From Candidatus Poribacteria bacterium (lineage in GTDB: Bacteria > Poribacteria > WGA-4E > WGA-3G): a DNA stretch of 64,000 nucleotides. The position numbers were made by a program, and so were the translations under genes. Shown here one piece after another: positions 43,413-53,508 of the stretch. Location: NCBI GenBank assembly GCA_965205015.1, contig OZ242029.1, forward strand, positions 1 through 64,000, given 5' to 3'. The number at the start of each line of letters is the position of its first letter. Position 1 is the stretch's first letter. Under the pieces are notes generated by a model. That model was not told where the DNA came from. It worked only from the letters and a program-made list of their open reading frames with translations, and searched no databases.

Positions 43413-43556
43413 TTCTTTTTCTCCGTCGCCTTATTGTCCTTCTGGCTTCTGTGATTGCAGGATTGCCATCATGTTCGCGTCAGCTCACATTAAGTTTAAC
43501 ATTTTCAGGCAGGACTGTCAAGAAAAATTGTGGACTGCGAATTTTCATGGAATTCG

Positions 43557-44684
43557 CTAACTTCTAAAGAGATTCAGGTATTTCTCCAAGACAAAGAGAC
43601 GGTTTCGGGAATGACCTGTAGTCTCCTTCAGTATACCAAGTTCTGTCAAGGATTTTAGGAGCCGATTCGCGCTTGAAAAACTAATGTTTAACTCCTTTTC
43701 AACCCACCTCGCGTTAACAATGGGCGTTCCATACATAAGTTGAAGCAATTTTTGTGCTTTTTTCGATCGAGAGCCAAGCGTTAGGATTTTGGTATCATAT
43801 TCTTGACGAAGTGCAATGATTGCTTTAAAAGTCCTCAGCCCGTGTTGAGCGGTCTCAACGATTCCGATTAAGAAAAATACGATCCACTGTTCCAAGTCAT
43901 TTGCAGTGCGAACCCGAGTGAGCGAATTGTAGTATGAAACCTTGTTTTTCTCAAAAAAGGTGGATGCATAAAGTGCTGGTTTGCTAAGTAACTGTGCATC
44001 AATGAGTTGCAAAACGATTAACAATCTGCCACACCTACCGTTTCCATCAAGGAAAGGGTGGATGGTTTCAAACTGATAATGCGTAATGGCGATTTTGATA
44101 AGGAATGGCAGTTGTAGCGATGAGTTGTGCCAAAATTTTTCTAAATCACTTAGGAGGTCTGGAAGTTCTTCCGGTGAGGGAGGAACAAAAAGAGCATTGG
44201 CAAGTGATGAACCACCGATCCAATTTTGACTCCTGCGAATTTCACCCGGTGCCTTATGTTTTCCACGAACACCAGACAGTAATATTTTATGGACATCTTT
44301 GAGAAGTCGCATTGAAATCGGGATTCTTGGGAGTTCAGCTATTGCGAAATTCATGGCTGCAATATAATTTTGGACATCTTGCCAATCATCCTGTCTGACT
44401 GGAGGAATCTCCGATTGTGGCAGAACAATCTCACTAATCTCAGTTTTTGTGCCCTCAATCAGATTAGAGTCTATCGCTTCTTTTGCAACGCTCATTGGAA
44501 TCGCAAAATCGACATCTGGTACAATTTCCGCATAAGCGTTGAGTGCTCCCAAGAGATTTGCAGCTTGTTCGACCAACTGATCTATTTGACGATTTTCCCA
44601 AGTAAACGGACAGTTTATGGAGGATGGGTTAAAACTTTTGTATTCTCGTTGCTGTCGGTATGCGCCCGCTATAAAATTTTTCAT
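43557..44684 (-). CDS. Fic family protein (with C-terminal HTH)
   Basis: HPFLDGNGRCGR Fic motif; SNLIEG inhibitory motif. Confidence 0.93.
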   Translation of the reverse strand: MKNFIAGAYRQQREYKSFNPSSINCPFTWENRQIDQLVEQAANLLGALNAYAEIVPDVDFAIPMSVAKEAIDSNLIEGTKTEISEIVLPQSEIPPVRQDDWQDVQNYIAAMNFAIAELPRIPISMRLLKDVHKILLSGVRGKHKAPGEIRRSQNWIGGSSLANALFVPPSPEELPDLLSDLEKFWHNSSLQLPFLIKIAITHYQFETIHPFLDGNGRCGRLLIVLQLIDAQLLSKPALYASTFFEKNKVSYYNSLTRVRTANDLEQWIVFFLIGIVETAQHGLRTFKAIIALRQEYDTKILTLGSRSKKAQKLLQLMYGTPIVNARWVEKELNISFSSANRLLKSLTELGILKETTGHSRNRLFVLEKYLNLFRS

Positions 44685-44834
44685 ATTGCCGTTTTCGCCT
44701 CTTTTTGAAAACAGTAAATTCGCATTGTCATTTTTCCCCGTTTTTGATAATCCCAGATTCCATATTATAACGTTTGTTCAAGGAGATATCAAGGGATTAT
44801 AGTAAAACCGAATAATTAAGTGCACTTGAGGATC

Positions 44835-44859
44835 GGTGCGGTTAGGAAACCCCACCTAC
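44835..44859. repeat. GTAG-type REP-like palindrome
   Basis: Reverse complement GTAGGTGGGGTT-TCCT-AACCGCACC; related copy at 47191..47220. Confidence 0.6.
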
Positions 44860-44900
44860 CGGGGGACGGTATCCATTCTGGGCCCGATCAAAGGGAAAGA

Positions 44901-45887
44901 TTATGGTGTCGGAGTTATGGCGTTGTGGACTTCGTTGACAATCGCATCGGGTTCTATCCCTTCGCCTTGTCCCTCGAAGTTGAGAAGGATACGGTGACGG
45001 AGAGCGGGAAGCAATACAGCATCAATATCCGAAAAGGCAACGTTGTAACGCTCATCGAGAAGCGCATTGATTTTAGCAGTAAGGGCTATCGCCTGGACAC
45101 TCCGAATCCCCGCACCGAGATGGACATAGCGTTTAACGATCTCCGGTGCGTCCTCGGAATCCGGATGCGTGCCCCGGACAACTCGGATGATGTGTCGTTC
45201 GACATGCTCGGCGATGATAACCTGTGGCACGAGGTGACGCATCTCGTTGAGCGTCTCGGCATTCGTTACCTTGTCGATCGTGACCTCAGCCCCGGATGTA
45301 GTGCGACGTAGGATTTCCACTATCTCATCTTCGCTTGGAAAGTCGATGAGGAGTTTGAAGAGGAACCGGTCGAGTTGTGCCTCTGGGAGCGGGTAGGTAC
45401 CCTCCATTTCCAACGGGTTCTGTGTGGCAAGAACACAAAACGGTTCCTCTAATGTGTGGCTGGTGCGTCCAACGGTGACAGTCCGCTCTTGCATCGCTTC
45501 GAGGAGCGCCGATTGCGTGCGCGGTGTGGCGCGGTTAATCTCGTCAGCGAGGATGAGTTGAGAGAAGATCGGTCCCTGTTGGAATTCAAACTGCCTGCTA
45601 CCCTGTTCATCCTCAATGAGAAGGGTTGTACCTGTGATGTCGGAGGGCATCATGTCCGGTGTAAATTGGATACGCTTGAAGGAGAGGTCGAGTGCTTCGC
45701 TGAGGGTATAGATGAGTTGCGTTTTCCCCAAACCGGGGATCCCCTCAAGGAGGGCGTGACCATTGGCGAGTAGACAGAAGAGTACACCTTCGATGATAGC
45801 GTCTTGACCCACAATACGTTTCTGGACTTCGGCTTTGACGTTATAAAAGGTTTCTCGGAACTGCTGGATTTGGGTTTCTAAGTTCAT
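44901..45887 (-). CDS. MoxR family AAA+ ATPase
   Basis: GIPGLGKT, RIQFTPD, ADEINRA, ATQNPLE.EGTYPLPEAQLDRF. Confidence 0.95.
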   Translation of the reverse strand: MNLETQIQQFRETFYNVKAEVQKRIVGQDAIIEGVLFCLLANGHALLEGIPGLGKTQLIYTLSEALDLSFKRIQFTPDMMPSDITGTTLLIEDEQGSRQFEFQQGPIFSQLILADEINRATPRTQSALLEAMQERTVTVGRTSHTLEEPFCVLATQNPLEMEGTYPLPEAQLDRFLFKLLIDFPSEDEIVEILRRTTSGAEVTIDKVTNAETLNEMRHLVPQVIIAEHVERHIIRVVRGTHPDSEDAPEIVKRYVHLGAGIRSVQAIALTAKINALLDERYNVAFSDIDAVLLPALRHRILLNFEGQGEGIEPDAIVNEVHNAITPTP

Positions 45888-45894
45888 GTTTTTT

Positions 45895-45985
45895 GGGCGA
45901 GGTCGGAAACCTCGCCAGCAGATAACATCGAGGTTAAACACCTCCACATCAGATATAAGCGCGCTTGGAAAGCGCGCCCACCGGG
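45895..45985. repeat. Cluster of REP-like hairpins
   Basis: GGCGAGGT-cggaa-ACCTCGCC, GAGGT..ACCTC, GCGCGCTT-ggaa-AGCGCGC. Confidence 0.6.
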
Positions 45986-45993
45986 ATGCGATT

Positions 45994-47043
45994 CTACCAA
46001 TTGTCTCTCGTAACGTAGAGAGACCGGTTTTCCATGGGGAGCGTAATGTGTTTACCGCCGAGTCGATGCGATTCAATCATGCCCATGAGCGTCTCTATAC
46101 TCCGACGCGCGAGGTGGACGGGTCCTTTCGTTTCCCGGTCTTCGTCGAGTGCCTCGGCGATATCGGTGATGCCCATGACAGTGCCCGTCGCGCGGGATGT
46201 CTCTGGGAACGGCACTTCTTCAAAGAAGCTCCCGTCTTTTTTTCTGAATTGGATCTCTCTACTATTGTTTTGTATACGGATCTTACCGGCGGTGCCGCAG
46301 ACCTCATATTCGGGTCCAGTGCCTGCGGTGTTATAGCCGTGAACCCCGTTGGAATAACGGATGTAACCACAGCCGATACCCGGGTCAGCGTTGAGGCGGT
46401 TACCATCCCAATCTGAATCGTTGCATATAATCGCGCCTGTTACGAAATCTACTTCCGGATCACCGGCGAGAAAGAGGAGCATGTCTGCGGCGTGCGTCAA
46501 ACCCCAAAGCGCGGAGCCAGATCCGTATTGGGCGATAGAGCATAAGACATTACCGATTTCACCAGCATCCACAAACTCACGCACTTTGCGATAGATCGGC
46601 ATGTAGCGACGCTGCGTGCCATAGTTGAATTTGACACCGTGTTTTTGAACGATGTCTACCATGATGTCCGCCTCTTCCATGGAGCAGCAGAGCGGTTTTT
46701 CACAGTAGATGCCCTTGACCCCATTTTCGGCGGCAAAGACAGTCATGTCGGCGTGTGGACCGGGACGCGTGGCGATACAGACGATGTCGGGTTTCTCTTT
46801 CTCGATCATCTCTTGGTAGTCTGTATAAGCGCGCTCGGCTCCGTAGCGTTGCCTGATGGCTTCGGCTTTCTCAGCAAAGACATCTGAGACGGCGACGAGA
46901 TCCGTTCGTTCACAGGCGACAGCGGCGGCCGCGTGCGAGAAGGGTTGCCAAATAAAACTATCGTCTCTGCCTTCGACTTCGTCGTCAATGGTCGCGCCCA
47001 TCCGTCCGCATCCGATGAGACAGGCTTTATATGTGCGTGGCAT
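45994..47043 (-). CDS. Gfo/Idh/MocA oxidoreductase
   Basis: IGCGRMG, CEKPL. Confidence 0.9.
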   Translation of the reverse strand: MPRTYKACLIGCGRMGATIDDEVEGRDDSFIWQPFSHAAAAVACERTDLVAVSDVFAEKAEAIRQRYGAERAYTDYQEMIEKEKPDIVCIATRPGPHADMTVFAAENGVKGIYCEKPLCCSMEEADIMVDIVQKHGVKFNYGTQRRYMPIYRKVREFVDAGEIGNVLCSIAQYGSGSALWGLTHAADMLLFLAGDPEVDFVTGAIICNDSDWDGNRLNADPGIGCGYIRYSNGVHGYNTAGTGPEYEVCGTAGKIRIQNNSREIQFRKKDGSFFEEVPFPETSRATGTVMGITDIAEALDEDRETKGPVHLARRSIETLMGMIESHRLGGKHITLPMENRSLYVTRDNW

Positions 47044-47247
47044 AATTTTCTCCTATAAACATAATATCCTGATAGAGTTGCAGGTCAGCTGCAAGATTTC
47101 TGAGCGGATTACCTATTGTGTTCAATCCAACCTACGCTTCTAACATGCTATCAAAACCAGAACCCCTTGTCAAGTCTATTGAGATTATCCGGTGCGGTTG
47201 GAATGCAGCAAAACCGCACCCATCGTAATTGGGAAAAGTCGAAAAAA

Positions 47248-48702
47248 TTACTCACCCGTGTAGAGTTTCCCGAAGTAGGGGCGGTAGCCCGCGGGTCCAG
47301 GATAGCCATCCCAGTAATGCGCATCGGTTGGAAAAGTGTCCTCACCACCACTCCGTAGCCATGCCATCAGGGCAGGATCGGTCCCACGACGTTCAATTTC
47401 ATCAATAGCGGCGGCGTGCAGTTTGGCGACGACATCGGGATGTTCACTGGCAACATCGTCCAATCCACCGAGTCGGACGAGTTTGGAGTTTTCAGGTTTC
47501 GTACCGACCTCTAAACTCCACTCACGGTCGAAGATAGTGAAGAGATTGAGATTCGGATTCTCTGTGCTGTTCTCCCACCGCTCAATACTGCCACCAGAGA
47601 GTGCCAGCTGCCTTTCACCGGCTTCCCCATTACGCGCCGGGGTTACGATGTCGTGTCCTTCAATGCCATCGGGACGTGCTTCACCTAAGATATTGAGAAT
47701 TGTTGGGAAGAAGTCTTGCGGTTGGACGATGACGTTGCTTCTCCCCGTATCTCCCTCGGGCAGCCGAATAAAGAGCGGGACGTGCGTCTCCTGCTGACGG
47801 ACGGGTTGTCCCTTACCAAACCTACCGCGCTCACCGACATTTGTGCCGTGATCAGCGGTAAAGATGACAGCAGTATTCTTGTCAAGCCCTGTGGATTCAA
47901 GTGCGTCAAGGAATTGCCCGAAACAGTGGTCCATCCATGTCGTTTTCGCGGCGTATTGCGCTTTGATGTGCTGTTTCGCTTCATCCGAAAGTTTCGCATT
48001 ACCCCGTGCCCCGAGGCTGCGCGGATCGACGCGTCCGTCGTAACCCGGACGGGTATCGTATTTTTTCATAAACTCGAGTGGTGCATCCCAAGGTTCGTGT
48101 GGATCGAAACAGTCTATCCAGAGGAAGAAATTATCCCGTTTGGCGTTGTCCTTGAGGAATTGCGCCGCCGTGTTGAAGAGTCTTGCGCAGTTCCAATCCT
48201 CAGGTTTTTTGCGGTTTCTGTTTGCGCGTGCGTAGCTGCGGAGCATCCCCGATTCAGCAGCTTTGTCATCAATACAATCGAAGAGTGGTTGACGCGTCCA
48301 GTTGTCGGGCCACACCACGGTATCGGTAATCCAATCCCTGTCGACCTCTGCACCGCGAACGAATGTCCATGCATGGAAGGGCCAATCGAAGTTATGGCCA
48401 CCATTGACGAGATGCGGTGTATCGTGAATGAGTTGCGTTGCGTAGCCGTTTCCCGCGAGCGTCCACGGTAGCGTTTGGCGTTCGTGTCGAAGCGGTTTCC
48501 ATGGGTGGATGGGCGCACCGTATTGTCCAGTGATAACATCAGTTCGGTAGGGGATCGTTGGAAAACTGGCGCAGAAGGCGTAGTCAAATGCCAACGCTTC
48601 CGAGGCAAACCGATCGATGTTGGGTGTCTCTATCCAGTCATTCCCATTTGCGCCGATGTAGTCATAGCGGAGTGTATCAATAACAATATAAGCGAGATTC
48701 AT
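47248..48702 (-). CDS. Sulfatase-like hydrolase (alkaline phosphatase superfamily) with Thr at the nucleophile position
   Basis: IDTLRYD, TPNID, TIPYR in place of C/SxPxR, DPHEPW, ADHG. Confidence 0.85.
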   Translation of the reverse strand: MNLAYIVIDTLRYDYIGANGNDWIETPNIDRFASEALAFDYAFCASFPTIPYRTDVITGQYGAPIHPWKPLRHERQTLPWTLAGNGYATQLIHDTPHLVNGGHNFDWPFHAWTFVRGAEVDRDWITDTVVWPDNWTRQPLFDCIDDKAAESGMLRSYARANRNRKKPEDWNCARLFNTAAQFLKDNAKRDNFFLWIDCFDPHEPWDAPLEFMKKYDTRPGYDGRVDPRSLGARGNAKLSDEAKQHIKAQYAAKTTWMDHCFGQFLDALESTGLDKNTAVIFTADHGTNVGERGRFGKGQPVRQQETHVPLFIRLPEGDTGRSNVIVQPQDFFPTILNILGEARPDGIEGHDIVTPARNGEAGERQLALSGGSIERWENSTENPNLNLFTIFDREWSLEVGTKPENSKLVRLGGLDDVASEHPDVVAKLHAAAIDEIERRGTDPALMAWLRSGGEDTFPTDAHYWDGYPGPAGYRPYFGKLYTGE

Positions 48703-48720
48703 TTCTATCTTTCCTTTTAT

Positions 48721-48846
48721 TGGCTGTCGGCTTTCAGGTCGCTTCGCTTTCGGCTGTCAGTAGTATCTGTAGTAGTTGTTGAAGTTGTGTTCGCCGCAAA
48801 TGGCTCTTGTCCGACTGCCGACCGCTGACCACCGATCGCCAACGAC
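48721..48846. repeat. Heptamer-armed palindromic intergenic repeat
   Basis: GGCTGTC GGCTTTC ... GGCTGTC / CCGACTG CCGACCG CTGACCA CCGATCG. Confidence 0.7.
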
Positions 48847-48847
48847 C

Positions 48848-49594
48848 TTACCATTTTGGGATTGCGCCGAGTAAGAGCTGCTGTTGTGGTGTGCCTTCTG
48901 CTCGGAGTTTCGTGACGCGAGGACCATCAAAGGGTTCACGCGATTTCATCCACGCGTTCTGGTAGCACATCAGGCAAACACGTCGACATTGTGAAGAATT
49001 GTTAGCCGCCCCCCGATGCCATGTCCATCCATCGAACATAACCGCCTGTCCGGGGGACACGAGCACCCGCTTTTCATCCGGCAATTCGACAGGCGTCGGT
49101 GGCGGACGGAACGGGGCGCGGTGGCTGCCGGGTTGGATAACCGTGGGACCGTTCTCGTCGGTGACCTCGTCGAGATAATAGCCGCAGTTAATCTGTGCCG
49201 GGAGACTCCCGTAAGGCGTTCCATTCGGAGCGACGGGCCAGGGACCATCGCGATGCCAATGCTGATCCGGCGTTCCGGGCTCGGTAATACGTGCTGTCGC
49301 GCTGTGGAGCTGAACACACGTCCCCAATATGGCTTCCATCCGCTTCAGGACAGGCGGATTGTCCAACAGAAATGCGAACCGATCGTCTTCCTCAAGCAGT
49401 TCACCGATGAATTGACTTTTGTTGTTGCGTTCGTAACTCTCATCGAGTGCCGCTCGGAGCGACTCAATTTGTGCCGGTGTCGCGGCGTTATCGACGACGA
49501 GATAACCCCAATTGAGAAAAAAATTAACTTCTTGTTGCAGTTGGTGATCGAGTTCGACGTTGAGTGTCGGTGGCACGACGCTTGGATTTGCCAT
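48848..49594 (-). CDS. PhyH family dioxygenase
   Basis: WHRD, QPGSH, TWHRG..N...RR. Confidence 0.9.
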   Translation of the reverse strand: MANPSVVPPTLNVELDHQLQQEVNFFLNWGYLVVDNAATPAQIESLRAALDESYERNNKSQFIGELLEEDDRFAFLLDNPPVLKRMEAILGTCVQLHSATARITEPGTPDQHWHRDGPWPVAPNGTPYGSLPAQINCGYYLDEVTDENGPTVIQPGSHRAPFRPPPTPVELPDEKRVLVSPGQAVMFDGWTWHRGAANNSSQCRRVCLMCYQNAWMKSREPFDGPRVTKLRAEGTPQQQLLLGAIPKW

Positions 49595-49597
49595 CGG

Positions 49598-50422
49598 TTA
49601 CGCCTCCTTAATTGCATCGCGGTCGGCGGTTGCCCACTCTTCCCAGCGGTCTTCGTCGGAATGGAGGAAGCCAGAGTTACATCGCGGTTGGAGTTGCTCA
49701 TCCACGCCGAGGAGTCGCATGTGTTGATGATTATTGGTAGCTTTCGCAGTTTCCAACAACTTTTGGGTATGCGGACCCGTGTGATGATCGGTGTGTTTCA
49801 GCCAGGTCAGGTTATAATAGATGCTGAAGAAATAGCGTAAGTTTCCAGAGGTATTCGGGGTCCCGGAGTGAATGAGTCCGTTATGTGTGATGACGACATC
49901 ACCAGCTCCCATGTGGACCAGTGTTTCGTCGGGATGCGGGACACTCCGTTGTGAATCTTCCATCGTAATCGGCTTTCGATGCGAACCGACAATGACGCGA
50001 AGGGGTCCGTATTCATCCGTCAAATCTTGCAAATAAGAGATAGCGTTGATGGCGTTCGGGCGATGATAGGCATCGGTAAAAGGAACGTGTGCCCAGCGAT
50101 CGCGGTGCCATCCAGAGACCCTGCCTTCCGCTTTTTCTTTTTCCATTGATGGAAAGGCAGCGAGTGTGAGGTTATCCAATTGCACAAAGGGACCCATCAC
50201 TCTCTCTACAAATTCAAGAATCGTAGGGTGTGAGACAGCGGGCCACATCAGTTCTGGTGCCAATTCAAGCGTATTTCCGAACCATGTTTGTCCGTCGTTG
50301 GCTGCGGAGAGTTCTCGATGTTTCTCGCGCCAACTTTGCATCTGAGGCTCGTCAAAAACTTTCTCAAAGATTGCAAAGCCATCGGTTTTATAGGCTTCAA
50401 ATTGTGCGTCTACTGTCGGCAT
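49598..50422 (-). CDS. PhyH family dioxygenase
   Basis: WHRD, VGSH, LIHSG. Confidence 0.9.
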   Translation of the reverse strand: MPTVDAQFEAYKTDGFAIFEKVFDEPQMQSWREKHRELSAANDGQTWFGNTLELAPELMWPAVSHPTILEFVERVMGPFVQLDNLTLAAFPSMEKEKAEGRVSGWHRDRWAHVPFTDAYHRPNAINAISYLQDLTDEYGPLRVIVGSHRKPITMEDSQRSVPHPDETLVHMGAGDVVITHNGLIHSGTPNTSGNLRYFFSIYYNLTWLKHTDHHTGPHTQKLLETAKATNNHQHMRLLGVDEQLQPRCNSGFLHSDEDRWEEWATADRDAIKEA

Positions 50423-50470
50423 TAGAGTGTTCCTGTTAATTGTTACGGCACACGGCGTGTGCCTACTACT

Positions 50471-51421
50471 TTAGCGTAATCCACTGAGGATTGCATCGGC
50501 GAGTTCCATCGTTTTAACAGCCTCATCAAGATTAGCAGCTGGGAACGAAACAGGCGTATCAGACTTGACACAATCCAAGAAATACCTGTTCTGTTCAACA
50601 GTACCACCCGTGCCTGCTTCGGTGATTTCGTGTTGTGTGCCATCACAGAAAACGGTTCCGCGGGAAACCCCCTCCAGATAAGCGGAGATGTCTCTGCCGT
50701 GAATCTCGTAGCGTTCAAGGCGCGCGTCCGTGGTGTAGTTAGCGATATGTTGGGCGACACAGCCGTTATCAAACAGGATCAGTGCGGCGTGGACATCTTT
50801 GTAATCTGAGATGGTCCGCTGAACAACACTATGGACTTCTTGAACATCGGCTTCGGCGACGGCACGAATTGTATCAAGGGCATGGATAGGTGTCTCCAGA
50901 AACATATTGTCCATCAAATGTTCCGGAAATCTACCGCCTTGTGCCAATCGGGTGATGCTCTTGTGAAATTCGCCGACGATTTGCGTCACAGGACCGCGGG
51001 CGGTCACTTGGCGTTTCGCTTCAACGATGATCGGGTGAAAACGGCGGTTCCAGCCCACCATCCCTTTCGCACCTGTCCGTTCTGCTGCAGTCCGCAAAGC
51101 AACTGTCTCTGCAACACTCATCCCTGGCGGTTTTTCCAAAAGCGTATGCACACCGCGTTCAAAACAGGGGAGTGCCGCCTCACCGTTGAGGTGCGCCGGT
51201 GTAGCAACAAAGATAGCGTCCAAGGTTTCATTGTCCAATAACGCCTCAATGCTTTCGTACTTCGCTGAGACATTGAACATTTCCGCGGCGGTGTCGCGTG
51301 CCCCTTCAACGGGATCGCAGACGGCAACGAGATCCGTATCGTCAAATTCCGAAAGGATTTTCATGTGACCGCGGCCCCTACCGCCGCAGCCGATGACAGC
51401 AACTCGTAGTTTCGACATCAT
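50471..51421 (-). CDS. Gfo/Idh/MocA oxidoreductase
   Basis: IGCGGRG, LEKPP, GWNRRF. Confidence 0.9.
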   Translation of the reverse strand: MMSKLRVAVIGCGGRGRGHMKILSEFDDTDLVAVCDPVEGARDTAAEMFNVSAKYESIEALLDNETLDAIFVATPAHLNGEAALPCFERGVHTLLEKPPGMSVAETVALRTAAERTGAKGMVGWNRRFHPIIVEAKRQVTARGPVTQIVGEFHKSITRLAQGGRFPEHLMDNMFLETPIHALDTIRAVAEADVQEVHSVVQRTISDYKDVHAALILFDNGCVAQHIANYTTDARLERYEIHGRDISAYLEGVSRGTVFCDGTQHEITEAGTGGTVEQNRYFLDCVKSDTPVSFPAANLDEAVKTMELADAILSGLR

Positions 51422-51435
51422 TTTCTCCTTCAAAT

Positions 51436-51588
51436 GGTTATCAGTTATCGGTTATCAGTTACAAGAGAGAATAGAAGAAACCGGGAAGGTTGGAAAAGTG
51501 GAAGGTTGGAAGGGGAGCCCATTCTTCCACTCTTCTCTTCCAGCCTTCCCTTCTTACCTTCCAACCATAATACCGATTGCTGACTGCC
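51436..51588. repeat. Heptamer-armed palindromic repeat with GGAAGG/CCTTCC inner arms
   Basis: GGTTATC AGTTATC GGTTATC ... GGAAGGTTGGAA x2 ... CTTCC repeats ... CCGATTG CTGACTG. Confidence 0.75.
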
Positions 51589-51595
51589 TTTTTCC

Positions 51596-52384
51596 TTAGT
51601 GCCGGATGTGCGGTGCCTCCATGACTTCCCGCTGCTCGGGGGACATATCCTCAATATAATCGGGATACGTAACCTCGTGTGCTCCGGTGCCATAAGACTG
51701 GAATCCAGGACTGAACTTGTAGAGCAGTGCGCGCCGTTGATGGCTACCCTTCCACGGAAGCGTCCCGTGCGTCAACGTTTCGGTGAAAATCACGGCATCG
51801 CCGGCTTTTGCGTTGACTTCAAGCACCTGATTCTGATACTGCTCGTAACGTTTCATACTGCTCGGACACGGAAGGTTCGCCTTATGACTACCCGGAACGA
51901 TCGCCAACCCCCCATCGCCGGGTCCCTCGTCAGCGAGCATGTATTCAACGACAGTCAAACCCGTGTAGATGCGACCATATTTGAAAAAGTAGGCTTCAGA
52001 GAAATTCGGACGCTCAATCCCACCTCCGTGTAAAGTACCACCTTCCGTGCCTTTCTCCATAGCAATCAAACCAGGACCGTGATCCAGCCGATACTGTTTG
52101 CCTAAAATCTCTTCAAGACACGGTTTAACCTTGGAATGGACGAGCAAATTTCGGAACGGTTCACACCAAGGTTTCTCCCAGGCGAGCATGCCCCCCATGT
52201 CCATCCGGTGTGCCGTGCCAGAAAGTGCTGTCGAGCCGCCTGCCAAAGAGGTATCGCGTTCCCTAAGTCCTTCAATGTGATGGTCGATGGCAGCGTTGCA
52301 CTCGGCGACCTCTTCTGCCGTCAAAGCGTTTTCGATGATGAGGTATCCAGTCAAATCGAAGAGATATTTTTGATCTTCGTTCAT
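51596..52384 (-). CDS. PhyH family Fe/2OG enzyme with HxG instead of HxD
   Basis: GYLIIENAL, TLHGGG, GGLAIVPGSH, AGDAVIF..TLTHGT. Confidence 0.85.
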   Translation of the reverse strand: MNEDQKYLFDLTGYLIIENALTAEEVAECNAAIDHHIEGLRERDTSLAGGSTALSGTAHRMDMGGMLAWEKPWCEPFRNLLVHSKVKPCLEEILGKQYRLDHGPGLIAMEKGTEGGTLHGGGIERPNFSEAYFFKYGRIYTGLTVVEYMLADEGPGDGGLAIVPGSHKANLPCPSSMKRYEQYQNQVLEVNAKAGDAVIFTETLTHGTLPWKGSHQRRALLYKFSPGFQSYGTGAHEVTYPDYIEDMSPEQREVMEAPHIRH

Positions 52385-52422
52385 TGATGCTCCCTCCTTT
52401 TTTAATTATCTACAAGGTAAAA

Positions 52423-53487
52423 TTAAAAACCTGTTGCTTCGGCAACACTCTGCGGTCTACCCGTTGCATCCCCACCGAGCCATCGATAGGGACGTGGATA
52501 GAGTGCTAAAGATCTGTCCTCAAGCGGGAGTTTGACGGGTGTGCTATTTCGGGTTGCAGAGAGTTTCGCAGCAATGGCAACCTCCAACGCTTGTCGGAGA
52601 TCCGCGCCCGTAATCCACGGGTCTCCGTTGCCATCGACAGCCGCTAAGAAGGAACGAATCGAGCCTGTCAGGTAACTGAATTCGTTCCACGGATATGGAC
52701 TATAGTTGGGATCAGTTCGGACGCGATTGCCGTGAGGGTCGTAGCCCTTGAATATTTCAGGTGGATTCCAATCCCATCGGACGAGGCATTCCTCTGTCCA
52801 AACATCTACACCTCGGCAAGATGTTGGTGTCCCGAAGACACCGCATTCCAGTCCATTCGTAAGAAGAAAACGTCCGTTGATAATTAGACCTTCATCGGTC
52901 TCTGCGTTTAACGCTTCAGGCGGAGTCCCCCACGCGATGATCTCCTCGACTTCAGCGTTAGCGAACAGACGGAGCACGGAGATGTGTTGGCATCCACCCC
53001 CAGAGATCTCGCCCCCGAACCCGTGAACGCTCGCGCCCCTGATTTCTCCAAATTCACCGCTGTGGAGCCGAGATGCCGCCTCTTGAACCTCATTCATTGC
53101 CCGCTGCAGATTGCCCCCCGCGAAGACGACACCCCGCTCAGCACATACGTCAACCATCGCATCGGCATCCTGTAAGCATCCGGCAATCGGTTTCTCCGTA
53201 GAGATCCCTCTGACACCGGCTTCCGCACACGCAACCACCACATCTTTCATGTATTTTGTGGGCGTGACAACCACCGCGATGTCCGGGACCGCGTCCTTCA
53301 GCAACGCTTCTACATCTGGATAAAGAGCCGCAACGTCAAAACGCGCACCGAGCACATCACGCCGCTGCGCATTCGCATCGACGATCGCGACAATTTCTGT
53401 GTCGGGATACGTCGTGTATGCCTCGGCGTAGTTTTGTCCCATCCGTCCACACCCAATAATGGCTACACGATATTTGGTGTTCCTCAT
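52423..53487 (-). CDS. Gfo/Idh/MocA oxidoreductase
   Basis: IGCGRMG, TEKPI; C-terminus similar to that of 45994..47043. Confidence 0.9.
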   Translation of the reverse strand: MRNTKYRVAIIGCGRMGQNYAEAYTTYPDTEIVAIVDANAQRRDVLGARFDVAALYPDVEALLKDAVPDIAVVVTPTKYMKDVVVACAEAGVRGISTEKPIAGCLQDADAMVDVCAERGVVFAGGNLQRAMNEVQEAASRLHSGEFGEIRGASVHGFGGEISGGGCQHISVLRLFANAEVEEIIAWGTPPEALNAETDEGLIINGRFLLTNGLECGVFGTPTSCRGVDVWTEECLVRWDWNPPEIFKGYDPHGNRVRTDPNYSPYPWNEFSYLTGSIRSFLAAVDGNGDPWITGADLRQALEVAIAAKLSATRNSTPVKLPLEDRSLALYPRPYRWLGGDATGRPQSVAEATGF

Positions 53488-53508
53488 TTTTAGACTCCTT
53501 AATCGCGT

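Noticed and set aside
45888-46076. N-terminal extension of the MoxR ORF in the ORF track
   Set aside because: It overlaps the upstream gene and runs through REP-like hairpins; family similarity starts at MNLETQ (45887)
49016-49840. 274-aa antisense ORF and other long shadow ORFs (e.g. 47716..48471, 16057..16713, 21261..21887)
   Set aside because: They lie opposite well-supported genes, lack motifs and RBSs, and are explained by codon bias
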